Positions 19,095 through 28,424 of a stretch of DNA of 64,000 nucleotides are shown in pieces. The notes beneath the pieces are model-generated. The model was given only the letters and a program-made list of their open reading frames with translations, made no database searches and was not told the DNA's origin. Location: NCBI GenBank assembly GCA_017881915.1, contig JADGQK010000002.1, positions 18,326 through 82,325 on the forward strand, read 5' to 3'. This DNA is from Chloroflexota bacterium. Lineage in GTDB: Bacteria; Chloroflexota; Limnocylindria; Limnocylindrales; CSP1-4. The position numbers were made by a program, and so were the translations under genes. Position 1 is the stretch's first letter. Each line of letters starts with the position of its first letter.

Positions 19095-19349
19095 ATGCCA
19101 ACTCGACGAACCACGATCCTGGCCGACGCCGACCTGCTCGACCGACTCGAGCGGCACGCCCGCCACGAGCGGACGACGAAAACAGCGGTGATCAGCGCGG
19201 CGGTCGAGGCCTGGCTCGATGCCCACGAGACCATCGGCGAACTGCCGTTCATCGGGATCGGTCGGAGCAGCAGCGGCCGGCTGTCGCTGGATGGCCGCTC
19301 GATTGCCCGGCGCGAGCTCGGTCGCCGGGACGCGACCCGGGAGCGCTGA
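19095..19349 (+). CDS. vapB: Ribbon-helix-helix (CopG-like) antitoxin
   Basis: RRTTILADADLLDRLERHAR...TAVISAAVEAWL; its stop overlaps the PIN gene start (TGATG). Confidence 0.8.
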   Translation: MPTRRTTILADADLLDRLERHARHERTTKTAVISAAVEAWLDAHETIGELPFIGIGRSSSGRLSLDGRSIARRELGRRDATRER

Positions 19350-19762
19350 TGGCCGCGATCGTCGACGCGAGTGCGGTGCTGGCAGCCGCCGACGCCGCGG
19401 ACCTCAACCATGCGGCTGCCGTCGCCTGGTTTCGCCGGATCGACGAGCCGCTCCTGCTCGGTGCGCTCACCCTGGCCGAGCTCGATCACGTCCTCCAGCG
19501 CGAATTGGGCCTCGAGGCGTCGCTGGCGGTGGTCGCCGCGATCGTGAACGGTGCCATTCGGTTGGTTGCCCCAAGCGAGGCCGACCTCGAGCGGGCGGCC
19601 ACCCTGATGACCGAGGCGGCCGAACACCGACCGCGCCTGTCCGAGGCGGTCCTCGTGGCAACCGCCGAGCGGCTGGGGATCCGTCGGGTGGCGACCTTCG
19701 ATCGCCGTCCCATCGCGATCTTCAAGCCGCGCCACGTCCGGGCGTTGGACCTGGAGCCGTAG
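19349..19762 (+). CDS. vapC: PIN domain toxin (VapC family)
   Basis: IVDASAVLA, TLAELD, LSEAVLVATAERLG and VATFDRR motifs. Confidence 0.87.
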   Translation: MAAIVDASAVLAAADAADLNHAAAVAWFRRIDEPLLLGALTLAELDHVLQRELGLEASLAVVAAIVNGAIRLVAPSEADLERAATLMTEAAEHRPRLSEAVLVATAERLGIRRVATFDRRPIAIFKPRHVRALDLEP

Positions 19763-19769
19763 GGACTGA

Positions 19770-20010
19770 CCGCCCAGGCGCCAATCGACGGCCGCCACGC
19801 CTTCATCGGTCATGGCGTACCTGCCTGGCGGCAGGTGTCTGAAGAGCTTGGCTCGTCGCCGCCCAGCCTGAGCGGCCGAGGTCTCGATCATGCCCGAAGT
19901 GGTGGCAGTCGAGTATTGCTAACTTGGTCCTTGCCTCGGAACTGGCCTCGGAACTGGCCGCAGATCTCGGCGAGGCCATCCCACCCGAGCGCCAGGTCGT
20001 ACCCCCTCGG
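19770..20010 (-). pseudogene. Probable degraded gene remnant (winged-helix/HARE-HTH-like fragment)
   Basis: Two different minus frames give EICGQFRGQFRGKDQVSNTR and KLFRHLPPGRYAMTDEG; internal 12-bp tandem duplication. Confidence 0.3.
19933..19956. repeat. 12-bp tandem duplication GCCTCGGAACTG x2
   Basis: Directly visible in the sequence. Confidence 0.9.
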
Positions 20011-20011
20011 A

Positions 20012-20404
20012 TCAGGAGGCCGGTTGCGGCATCAGGGCGGCAAGTTCCTGCGTCAGATCCGGCGTCTCAATCGGGTCATCTTCCACGATCTTGCCATTGG
20101 CGAGACTGTAGTAGGTCAGGCCTCGGCCTTCGAGCTTCTTCCCCGTGGCGAGCGTGATCTCAGAGGTGAAGCGAGCGACCACCGCATCCCCTTCGGCCAC
20201 GAGGTCCTGAATGTTGAAGCGCATGGCAGAGATCGTCGCCCCCATCGCGCGCAACATCGCCTTGAAGCCTGCCAGGTCGGTGTCCCCCATCCCACGGTTC
20301 ACATAGTTCGGGGCAAGCAGATCGTCGATGGCGTCGAAATTGCCTCCTTCGAGGACCTCCGTCATGAACCGGCGGACGACAGCCTTGTTCTGCTCTGTTG
20401 ACAT
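20012..20404 (-). CDS. SnoaL-like/ester cyclase (NTF2-fold) protein
   Basis: MSTEQNKAVVRRF...IQDLVAEGDAVVAR...NGKIVE; GAGGAGG RBS; upstream TTGTCT-17-CATACT. Confidence 0.88.
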   Translation of the reverse strand: MSTEQNKAVVRRFMTEVLEGGNFDAIDDLLAPNYVNRGMGDTDLAGFKAMLRAMGATISAMRFNIQDLVAEGDAVVARFTSEITLATGKKLEGRGLTYYSLANGKIVEDDPIETPDLTQELAALMPQPAS

Positions 20405-20522
20405 GTCGGGCCCTCCTCGGAGTCGTTGATGGGCGCGTCAGTATGCCGTGGGTGACGAGGCAAGACAAGATGGCGGATGGGCTGGCCAATACGACCACCT
20501 GAACGTTGAACCCAGGCCAGAA

Positions 20523-22034
20523 CTACGTGGATTCGGCGTCCCGCTTCTGCGTCTCGGCGAGGCGCTTGCGGCTTTCGTTGTGGGCGTTCAGCCCGTTGCT
20601 CATCGACGCCATCGGGTCGGCTCCCGGTCGATCCTGCTTCCGGCGCTGGCGCCCCTGCTCGCGAACCGCCTCCCGAGCGTCCGCCCGAGCGGCCATCCGT
20701 GACGTGATCGTCGCCTCGTAGCCCTGGTCGCCGGGCACGTAGTAACGCCGACCTACCAGTTCGTCGGGAAGGTACTGCTGCCCGATGTCGTCCCCCTCGA
20801 AGTCGTGCGGGTTTCGGTAGCCGACGCCATCGCCATACTGCTTCATCGCTGGGTGACCAGCGGTCCGAAGGTGAGCTGGCACTGGCAAGGAGCCGTACTT
20901 CAAGACGTCGGCCATCGCCGCGGCGTAGGCGCGACCTACGGAGTCTGACTTCGGAGACACTGCTACCTGGGCGGTCGCCTGGGCCAGGGCGTACTGGGCC
21001 TCGGGCAGGCCGACATGGTCGAGTGCCTGGGCCGCCGCGACGGCGACCTGGAGGGCACGGGGATCGGCGTTGCCCACGTCCTCGGAGGCGCTGATGATCA
21101 GCCGCCGGACGATGAACCGGGGATCCTCGCCCGCAGCGATCATCGTCGCCAGCCAGTACAGGGCGCCATCGGGATCGTTGCCGCGGAGGCTCTTGATGAA
21201 CGCCGAGGCAGTGTCGTAGTGACCGTCACCGGCCCGGTCGTAGGCGAGGACACGTTGCTGGGCGGCCGCCTCGACATCGGCCAGCCGGGGCGCGACCCGA
21301 CCGTCGCCATCACGAACCCCGGCCGACTCGGCCAGGGCCGTCGCGCCCTCGAGCACGTTGAGTGCCTGTCGGGCGTCCCCGCCGGCCAGCCCCACGAGGT
21401 GCTCGAAGGCGTCGTCGGGGAGGCTCACTCCGCCACCCGGACCGAGTGCCCCGGCCAGACCCCGCTCGGGATCGTCGATCGCGCGGCGGATCACGGTGCC
21501 CACGTCGTCGTCGGACAATGGCTCGAGGCGCCAGACCCGCAGGCGCGACAGGAGAGCGCCGTTCAGCTCGAAATAGGGATTCTCGGTCGTCGCCCCGATC
21601 AGGATGATCGTGCCGTCCTCGACGTGGGGCAGCAGGCCGTCCTGCTGGGATTTATTGAAGCGGTGGACCTCGTCGATGAAGAGGACACTCCGGGCGCCGT
21701 TCAGTGTCAGCCGCTCGCGCGCCGCGGCCACGGTCGAGCGGATCTCGGCGACTCCGCTCATCACCGCCGAGAGGCTCATGAACTCAGCACCGACTGCGTC
21801 GGCGAGGAGTCGGGCGAGGCTGGTCTTGCCTGTTCCCGGTGGCCCCCAGAGCAGGATCGAGCCGAGATAGCCACGCTCAACCGAGCGGCGCAGTGGGCCG
21901 TCCTGACCGACGAGGTGAGCCTGGCCGACGTACTCGGCCAGCGTCCGCGGACGCATCCGGGCGGCGAGCGGCTGGACGCCGGCCGGGGGCTGGAACAGCG
22001 CGGCCTGGTCGGGAGAGGGTCGGCGGGTCGGCAC
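20523..22034 (-). CDS. rarA: Replication-associated recombination protein A (RarA/MgsA)
   Basis: [48 protein letters not shown] and [10 protein letters not shown] motifs. Confidence 0.95.
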   Translation of the reverse strand: MPTRRPSPDQAALFQPPAGVQPLAARMRPRTLAEYVGQAHLVGQDGPLRRSVERGYLGSILLWGPPGTGKTSLARLLADAVGAEFMSLSAVMSGVAEIRSTVAAARERLTLNGARSVLFIDEVHRFNKSQQDGLLPHVEDGTIILIGATTENPYFELNGALLSRLRVWRLEPLSDDDVGTVIRRAIDDPERGLAGALGPGGGVSLPDDAFEHLVGLAGGDARQALNVLEGATALAESAGVRDGDGRVAPRLADVEAAAQQRVLAYDRAGDGHYDTASAFIKSLRGNDPDGALYWLATMIAAGEDPRFIVRRLIISASEDVGNADPRALQVAVAAAQALDHVGLPEAQYALAQATAQVAVSPKSDSVGRAYAAAMADVLKYGSLPVPAHLRTAGHPAMKQYGDGVGYRNPHDFEGDDIGQQYLPDELVGRRYYVPGDQGYEATITSRMAARADAREAVREQGRQRRKQDRPGADPMASMSNGLNAHNESRKRLAETQKRDAEST

Positions 22035-22111
22035 CCCGTCAGTCTACGGCCGGGCCGCCGCGGCTCGAGTCGGCGACCATGGCCCGCCGTGTTCCAGCGC
22101 CGGCTCCAGCT

Positions 22112-23968
22112 TCAGGCGACGTTGCTGCGCGGTGTCCAGATCTGGCGGAGCGGGCGGCCGTCGCCCGGCAACGGGGCATTGTCGGCGGTCTCGATCCCGC
22201 TCACGAAGGCGGCCACGAGGCGTGGGTCGAGCTGGGTCCCGGCCGCATCCTCGAGGCGATGGAGGGCCTCCTGGATCGACATCGCCTTGCGATACGGTCG
22301 CGAGGTGGTCATCGCGCTGAACGCGTCGCCAACGGCCAGGATCCGGGCGATCAGCGGGATCTCCTCGCCGGACAGCCGGTCGAGGTAGCCGTCGCCGTCC
22401 CAGCGCTCGTGGTGGTGGCGAACTCCGGCTCGCACGACGCCGGCATTCGGGACGTCGCGCACGATCGCGTCGCCCAGGGCCACGTGCTGCTTGACGATCG
22501 CGTATTCGTCGACCGTCAGCGGGCCGGGCTTGCGCAGGATCCCATCGGGAATCCCGATCTTGCCCACATCGTGGAGGAGGCCGGCGATCTCGATCGTCCG
22601 GCGCAGCTCGGCGTCGACGCCAACCTGGTCCGCCAGAAACAGGCCGTAGCGCGCGACGTCCTCGGAATGGCGCTTCGTGTAGCGGTCCTTCGTGTCGACG
22701 GCCAGGACCAGCCCGGCCAGCACATCGAAGCCTGAGCGCTGTGCTGGCCCGAGGTCGGCTGAGGCGGCGTCAGCGACACGCACGCCGTTGCCGCCGCTCG
22801 CCTTGGCCTCGCCCAGGACGACGGCGGCGACCGCCAGCAGCTCGGTCGCCGCGTCGCCATTGGCCGGGGCATAGCAGATCCCGGCACTGACCGTCACCGG
22901 CAGCCGCTCGGACTCGCCGAACTGGAGGCTGAGCTCGGCGATCCGGTCGCGCAGTTGGTCGACCGCCTGCTCGAGGTTGGGGCTGTGGTCGGGCGGAGTA
23001 ACGACGATGAACTCGTCAGGACCGTAGCGGCCGAGGATTGCGGTCTCGGCGAACTCCGTCCGAATGATCCGGGCAACCTCGAGCAGGGCCCGGTCGCCGG
23101 CCCCATGGCCGTGGGTGTCGTTGAGCAGCCGGAAGTTGTCGATGTCGATGAGGGCCACCCCGACACCACAGCCCGGGGCACCCCGAACTCGTTCGAGCAG
23201 GTCGGCCAGGCCGGCCACCGTCGTACCGTGATTGAGCACGCCGGTCAGGGCATCCCGGCGGCTGGTTTCGACAAGCGCAGCAGTCTGTCCGGTGAGGCGC
23301 CGCTGGGCAGCCCGGAAGATGAGGTACAGCAAGGCGCCCAGGCTGAGCGCGGCGACGAACACGACGATCACCACTTCGCGGGTGGTCGCAGCGACGGCAT
23401 CCAGGACGGGCTGGGCGTCCCGGTAGATCTCGAACACGGCCGGGATGCTGCCGTCAGCACCCGGGATCGGGAAGTACTCCTCGAGGACCTGGGTATCGGG
23501 CGCGAGACCGGTGGTCCGGGTATCTCGGTCATCGGCGGAGGTGATCTGAGGAGCCACTGTGGCGGTTTGAAATGCGTGGGCAAGGTCCTCGTCGGGACTG
23601 AGGTTCAGGCCACGGAGCCCGTCTTTGTTGCTATAGAGAACCGTCTCGTCGGGCGCGAAGATCTTGACGTGGAGGATCCCCTTCGCCCGGACGATGAGCG
23701 TCTTCAATTCGGCCTGGATCTGGGCGACCGTGGCCGGCGAGACGCCCGCAAGGGACAGGTTGGCGGCCGGCAGGTCGGTCGCGATCAGGACGCTCACGAT
23801 GGACTGATCCGCTCTGTCCGACGCATCCATCGCGGCCGTCTTGACGTTGTCGCTCACGACAGCCACGAGGGCAATGCTCGTCGCGACGACGAGGACCAGG
23901 CTCGCGCCGAAGACGAGGAGAAGAAGCCTCGAGCGGCGCTGCCGCAGCCCGGATTGGGTATTCGACAT
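22112..23968 (-). CDS. Membrane sensor with GGDEF-like and HD-GYP domains (c-di-GMP turnover)
   Basis: Two TMs around a sensor domain; DALTG, DIDNFRLLND..GH..GD, RYGPDEF; LLHDVGKIG, HHHERWDGDGY, RPYR. Confidence 0.92.
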   Translation of the reverse strand: MSNTQSGLRQRRSRLLLLVFGASLVLVVATSIALVAVVSDNVKTAAMDASDRADQSIVSVLIATDLPAANLSLAGVSPATVAQIQAELKTLIVRAKGILHVKIFAPDETVLYSNKDGLRGLNLSPDEDLAHAFQTATVAPQITSADDRDTRTTGLAPDTQVLEEYFPIPGADGSIPAVFEIYRDAQPVLDAVAATTREVVIVVFVAALSLGALLYLIFRAAQRRLTGQTAALVETSRRDALTGVLNHGTTVAGLADLLERVRGAPGCGVGVALIDIDNFRLLNDTHGHGAGDRALLEVARIIRTEFAETAILGRYGPDEFIVVTPPDHSPNLEQAVDQLRDRIAELSLQFGESERLPVTVSAGICYAPANGDAATELLAVAAVVLGEAKASGGNGVRVADAASADLGPAQRSGFDVLAGLVLAVDTKDRYTKRHSEDVARYGLFLADQVGVDAELRRTIEIAGLLHDVGKIGIPDGILRKPGPLTVDEYAIVKQHVALGDAIVRDVPNAGVVRAGVRHHHERWDGDGYLDRLSGEEIPLIARILAVGDAFSAMTTSRPYRKAMSIQEALHRLEDAAGTQLDPRLVAAFVSGIETADNAPLPGDGRPLRQIWTPRSNVA

Positions 23969-24100
23969 GAAGGACGCTCTCGAACAGGATTCCCGAGGTC
24001 CGACCGTAGGTGGCTCGGGTGGGCCTGTCGATAGGCCGTTCGGGGGATGGCCAGATGATCGCTCGAGCGGCCATCTGGCTTGCCCGCCCGGCCGGGCCCG

Positions 24101-24508
24101 TCAGTGCCGGCCGACTCCGGCGACTTCGAGGAGGACGTACAGCACGGCCAGGATCCCGAACATCGAACCGCCGATCAGGGCGATCCGGCGAACGTCACGC
24201 GCGACATAGCGGTACTCTTCGGCGGCCTCCGCCGCGAGGCGGCTGGGGCCCGTGGGGCGGCGCCGTAGCGCGAGCGAATCCTCGGTCGCCCGAGGCCGAT
24301 CGCGCTCGGTCCGGCGGCTCGTGGTTGGCTGTTCAGCGTGCTCGGACGCGACCAGGGCGGATTCGAGGTCGGCGGCTCGGGCGACCTCAACGTCGGACAG
24401 GCCTTCGGGCGGCGGCCCGGCGGGCGGCCTGCCGGGCAGGGCTCGCCCGGCGCGCTGGATGGGCCGGCGCTGGCCGGGTCGAGTCGTCCCGCGAGCGCGC
24501 TTGGCCAT
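24101..24508 (-). CDS. Hypothetical protein with basic N-terminus and C-terminal TM helix
   Basis: EEYRYVARDVRRIALIGG followed by a hydrophobic helix; GGAGG/AAGGG upstream. Confidence 0.7.
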   Translation of the reverse strand: MAKRARGTTRPGQRRPIQRAGRALPGRPPAGPPPEGLSDVEVARAADLESALVASEHAEQPTTSRRTERDRPRATEDSLALRRRPTGPSRLAAEAAEEYRYVARDVRRIALIGGSMFGILAVLYVLLEVAGVGRH

Positions 24509-24591
24509 CGGTCCCTTGGTCCTCCGTCTCGAATCCAGTGTCGGTCCACCGACCGCAGAGGATAGCACCCGGCCCTGCTAGACTCGGCGGC

Positions 24592-25134
24592 GTGCCCGAC
24601 CCCGCGACACTGATGCCCTTCCTGATCGTCGGGCTGAGCGTCTGCCTGGTCGCCGTGGCCGTCCTGTGGCGGCGCTCGGGGGCCCTCCAGGGCCGGCTCG
24701 ACCGGGTGACCCGGGGCGAGGATGGCCAGAGTCTCCAGGGGGTCCTCGAGACCCACCTCGGGCGGGTGGTCGAGGTCCAGGCGGAGGTCCTTGAGATTGG
24801 TCGCCGGACCGACCGCCTCGAAGTTGATGGCCGGCGGGCATTCCAACGGATCGGCCTCGTTCGGTTCAATCCCTTCGAGGACACCGGCGGCAATCAGAGC
24901 TTCGCCCTCGCCTTGCTCGACGCGGAGGAGGACGGGATCGTGCTCTCGAGCCTGCACTCCAGGGGCGCCACCCGGATCTATGCCAAGGCCGTTGCGGCCG
25001 GCCGGCCCGAGGCTGCCCTGTCGGACGAGGAGACCGAGGCCCTCGGCCTGGCCCGGGACGCGACGGGCGGCCGAGTCGCGATCCGAGGCCGGGCGGCCGC
25101 CGCCGCGCCGACCGGCGTCCGCGGAGGCCGGTGA
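24592..25134 (+). CDS. DUF4446 family protein
   Basis: N-terminal TM, coiled coil, then GLVRFNPFEDTGGNQSFALALLD...SSLHSR..RIYAK...LSDEE. Confidence 0.88.
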   Translation: MPDPATLMPFLIVGLSVCLVAVAVLWRRSGALQGRLDRVTRGEDGQSLQGVLETHLGRVVEVQAEVLEIGRRTDRLEVDGRRAFQRIGLVRFNPFEDTGGNQSFALALLDAEEDGIVLSSLHSRGATRIYAKAVAAGRPEAALSDEETEALGLARDATGGRVAIRGRAAAAAPTGVRGGR

Positions 25135-25171
25135 CGGCAGAGCTGTCACAACGTTCGACCATCCTCGGGGC

Positions 25172-28100
25172 ATGCCCCCTGAAACGATGACTCCAGTCCG
25201 CGCTCCAGCCGGCCGCCGGGCTCGCAGGGGGAGCCGAACCCTCGAGCAGGTGCCGTTGTGGGGTGCGCATCCGCTCGTCGCCGCGAAGGGTCCGGCGGCG
25301 GAGCTCGGCCAGGGCGGTGGGCTGGACGGACTCCTGGCCGGCCTCAACCCGGAGCAGCGCAGGGCGGTCGTCCATGGCCCGGGTCCGCTTCTCGTCGTAG
25401 CCGGTGCGGGGACAGGCAAGACCCAGGTCATCACCCGCCGGATCGCCTGGCTGATCGCCTCGCGGGTCGCCCGGCCCGCGGAGATCCTTGCCCTGACATT
25501 CACGGACAAGGCCGCGGCCGAGATGCAGGTCCGGGTGGATCAGCTCGTGCCGTATGGCTACGCGGATACGACGATCGCGACATTCCATGCCTTTGGCGAT
25601 CGGCTGATCCGCGAGTTCGCCCTGGAGCTCGGGCTGCCACCCGACGCGCGGGTCCTGTCGAGACCGGAAGTCGTGATCTTCCTGCGCGAGCGGTTATTCG
25701 ATTTCGAGCTCAACGCCTATCGGCCGCTCGGTGACCCGACCCGCTTCCTGGCCGCCCTGGCCGGCCACTTCAGTCGGTGCAAGGACGAGGACATCAGCCC
25801 GGCTGCCTACCTCGCCTGTGCCGATCGCCTGGTCGGTGAGGCCGACCGGCTGGCAATCGCCGCCGGCCGGCCGGCGGCCGGTGATGTCCAGCGCGCGGCC
25901 GCTGGCGCTTCGGCAGATGTAGCTGCCCGTCAACTCGAGCTGGCCCGGGCCTATGCTCGCTACCAGGTTCTCCTGGGCGAGGCCGGCCTGATCGACTTCG
26001 GCGACCAGGTCAGCCTGGCCCTCCGGCTCCTGCGCGACTCGCCGGCGGCCCGGCTTGAGCTGCAGCAGCGCTATCGCTACATCCTCGTCGACGAGTTTCA
26101 GGACACGAATCCGGCCCAGGCCGAGCTCGTGGCTCTGCTTGCCGAGGGCCACCGCAACGTGACGGTCGTGGGCGACGACGACCAGTCGATCTACCGCTTC
26201 CGCGGTGCCGCGATCAGCAACATCCTGGAGTTCCGCCAGCGCTACCGGCGAGCCCGACTCGTGGTGCTCCGCCGGAACTACCGCTCCCGGGCGGAGATCC
26301 TCGCCGCCAGCCACCGCCTTGTGCGGTTCAACGACCCGGACCGGCTCGAGGTGCGGGCGGGCATCTCGAAGCAGCTCCGGGCCCAGCGCCGCGAGCCCAC
26401 GGGTGGACGCGTGGCACCGGCGGTTCGCCACGAGTCGTTTGCGACAGGCTCCGAGGAGGCGGACTGGATCGCCGCCGAGATTGCTGCCCGCGTCGCGGCC
26501 GGGGCGCGGCCGCGCGACCATGCCGTGCTCGTCCGGACGAACGCCGGCGCGGACCCAATCCTGCGTAGCCTGAACATGGTTGGCCTGCCGTGGCGCTTCA
26601 GCGGTACGTCTGGCCTGTACGCCCGGGCGGAGATCCGGCTCCTGCTCGCATTCCTGCGCTCGATCGCGGACCTGTCATCGAGCGTCGACATCTATGGACT
26701 CGCCGCCAGTGAGGTGTATGGCCTCCACGGGCCGGACCTGACCGCGATCATGACCATCGCCAGGCGGCGCAACCGGTCGCTCTGGGAGATTCTCGAGGAG
26801 CTGGATCGGCAGCCCGGGATCCTGCGGATCTCACCCGAATCGCGGGCAACGGCCGCCCGGCTCGTGGCCGATCTGCGCGCCTACAGCGAGCTTGCCCACG
26901 AGCGCCCGGCGGGAGAGGTCTTGTACGCGTTCCTGAAGGGCTCGGGGCTGCTCGCGCGGCTGGCTGGGGCCGAGACCGTTGCCGGCGAGGAAGCCCTCCA
27001 GAACATCGCCCGGTTCTTCGAAATCGTGCGCGGCCAGTCCGCGCTGCTGCCCGACGATCGGACGGTCTTCGTTGCACGCCACCTCCAGACCCTGATCGAG
27101 GCGGGCGACGAGCCCCCGACCGTCGAGCTCGACGCCGAAGCCGACGCCGTCGCGGTCCTGACTGTCCACAAGGCCAAGGGGCTCGAGTTCCCTACGGTCT
27201 TCCTGGCCGGCCTGGTGGAGGGCCGCTTCCCGGCGAGCTCGCGTCGGGAGGGCCTGCAGATCCCGGACGAGTTGATTCGGGAGACCCAACCGGAAGGTGA
27301 TCACCACCTCCAGGAAGAACGTCGCCTGTTCTACGTCGGGATGACCCGGGCGCGCGACGAGCTGATCCTCAGCCATGCGGCGGACTACGGCGGGCTACGG
27401 GCCCGACGAGTCTCGCAGTTCGTGCTCGAGGCGCTCGACCTGCCGGCGGCGCCCGCATGGCCGGCCAGCGGCGAGCCGGCCGCACCGCTCGAGCGCCTGG
27501 CGGCATTTGCCGCCGTCGATGCTCCGGCCGACGCCCTCCGGCCGTCGACCAGCGAGCCGCTCTCGCTCAGCTTCTACCAGGTCGACGACTACCTGACCTG
27601 CCCCCTCAAGTACAAGTTCGTTCACGTCCTCCGGGTGCCCATCGCACCGCACCACTCGATTATCTATGGGGCCGCTCTGCATCGGGCCGTCCAGGAATTC
27701 CACAAGCGCCACGCCCGGGGCGAGGTGATGTCGGAAGCGGAGCTGTGTGCCTCGTTCGAGGCCGCCTGGTCAAACGAGGGTTTCCTCAACCGGGACCACG
27801 AGGCGGCGCGCCTCGAGGCCGGCCGGGCGGCCCTGCGCCGGTTCCGCCGGGAACAGCTCCAGCCGGAGGCGGTGATTCCGGCGTACGTGGAGCGGGACTT
27901 CGCCTTCACCCTGAACGGCGACCGGATCCGCGGCCGGTGGGACCGGGTGGACGTCCAGCCATGCGCCAGTGAGGCTGGTCAGGCTGTCGAGTCGAGCAGC
28001 GCGACCGTGGCCGGTGGGGGAGCGGCGGCTGACGATCGCCTCCTTCCGGACGTTGTCGAGCCGACCCTCGCGCTCATGCCCCGCGAGGTGGTCACGATCA

Positions 28101-28417
28101 CGGACTACAAGTCGAGCGACGTCCGCGACCCGGCCAAAGCCCGCCAGCGAGCCCGCGACTCGCTCCAGCTGACGATCTACGCGATGGGCTGGCAGGCATT
28201 GACCGGGCGCCTCCCCGACGCGGTCCAGCTCAGCTTCCTCGAATCCGGGCTGGTTGGCCGGGCAGGGGTTGACGCGCGGCGTCTGGCCCGGGGCCGTGCC
28301 CAGATCGAGGCGGCCGCGAGCGGGATCCGGGCCCGTGACTTTCGGGCCAAGCCGGATCTCCTGGCGTGCTCGTACTGCGCATTCCGGGAGATCTGCCCGG
28401 CCAGCGTGGGCCGCTAG
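25172..28417 (+). CDS. UvrD/PcrA-type SF1 helicase fused to a PD-(D/E)XK nuclease with four Cys (AdnB/AddA-like); start uncertain
   Basis: AGAGTGKT, VDEFQDTN, VGDDDQSIYRFRGA, NYRS, TVHKAKGLEF, EERRLFYVGMTRA; nuclease CPLKY..GRWDRVD..DYKS..QLTIYA..CSYCAFREIC. Confidence 0.92.
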   Translation: MPPETMTPVRAPAGRRARRGSRTLEQVPLWGAHPLVAAKGPAAELGQGGGLDGLLAGLNPEQRRAVVHGPGPLLVVAGAGTGKTQVITRRIAWLIASRVARPAEILALTFTDKAAAEMQVRVDQLVPYGYADTTIATFHAFGDRLIREFALELGLPPDARVLSRPEVVIFLRERLFDFELNAYRPLGDPTRFLAALAGHFSRCKDEDISPAAYLACADRLVGEADRLAIAAGRPAAGDVQRAAAGASADVAARQLELARAYARYQVLLGEAGLIDFGDQVSLALRLLRDSPAARLELQQRYRYILVDEFQDTNPAQAELVALLAEGHRNVTVVGDDDQSIYRFRGAAISNILEFRQRYRRARLVVLRRNYRSRAEILAASHRLVRFNDPDRLEVRAGISKQLRAQRREPTGGRVAPAVRHESFATGSEEADWIAAEIAARVAAGARPRDHAVLVRTNAGADPILRSLNMVGLPWRFSGTSGLYARAEIRLLLAFLRSIADLSSSVDIYGLAASEVYGLHGPDLTAIMTIARRRNRSLWEILEELDRQPGILRISPESRATAARLVADLRAYSELAHERPAGEVLYAFLKGSGLLARLAGAETVAGEEALQNIARFFEIVRGQSALLPDDRTVFVARHLQTLIEAGDEPPTVELDAEADAVAVLTVHKAKGLEFPTVFLAGLVEGRFPASSRREGLQIPDELIRETQPEGDHHLQEERRLFYVGMTRARDELILSHAADYGGLRARRVSQFVLEALDLPAAPAWPASGEPAAPLERLAAFAAVDAPADALRPSTSEPLSLSFYQVDDYLTCPLKYKFVHVLRVPIAPHHSIIYGAALHRAVQEFHKRHARGEVMSEAELCASFEAAWSNEGFLNRDHEAARLEAGRAALRRFRREQLQPEAVIPAYVERDFAFTLNGDRIRGRWDRVDVQPCASEAGQAVESSSATVAGGGAAADDRLLPDVVEPTLALMPREVVTITDYKSSDVRDPAKARQRARDSLQLTIYAMGWQALTGRLPDAVQLSFLESGLVGRAGVDARRLARGRAQIEAAASGIRARDFRAKPDLLACSYCAFREICPASVGR

Positions 28418-28424
28418 CAAGCCG

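Noticed and set aside
25146..25157. LexA box upstream of the helicase-nuclease (GTCA-caac-GTTC)
   Set aside because: Only one half-site matches, which is too weak to call.
27540..28417. Cas4-like nuclease indicating CRISPR adaptation
   Set aside because: It is the C-terminal domain of a UvrD fusion and no cas genes are nearby.
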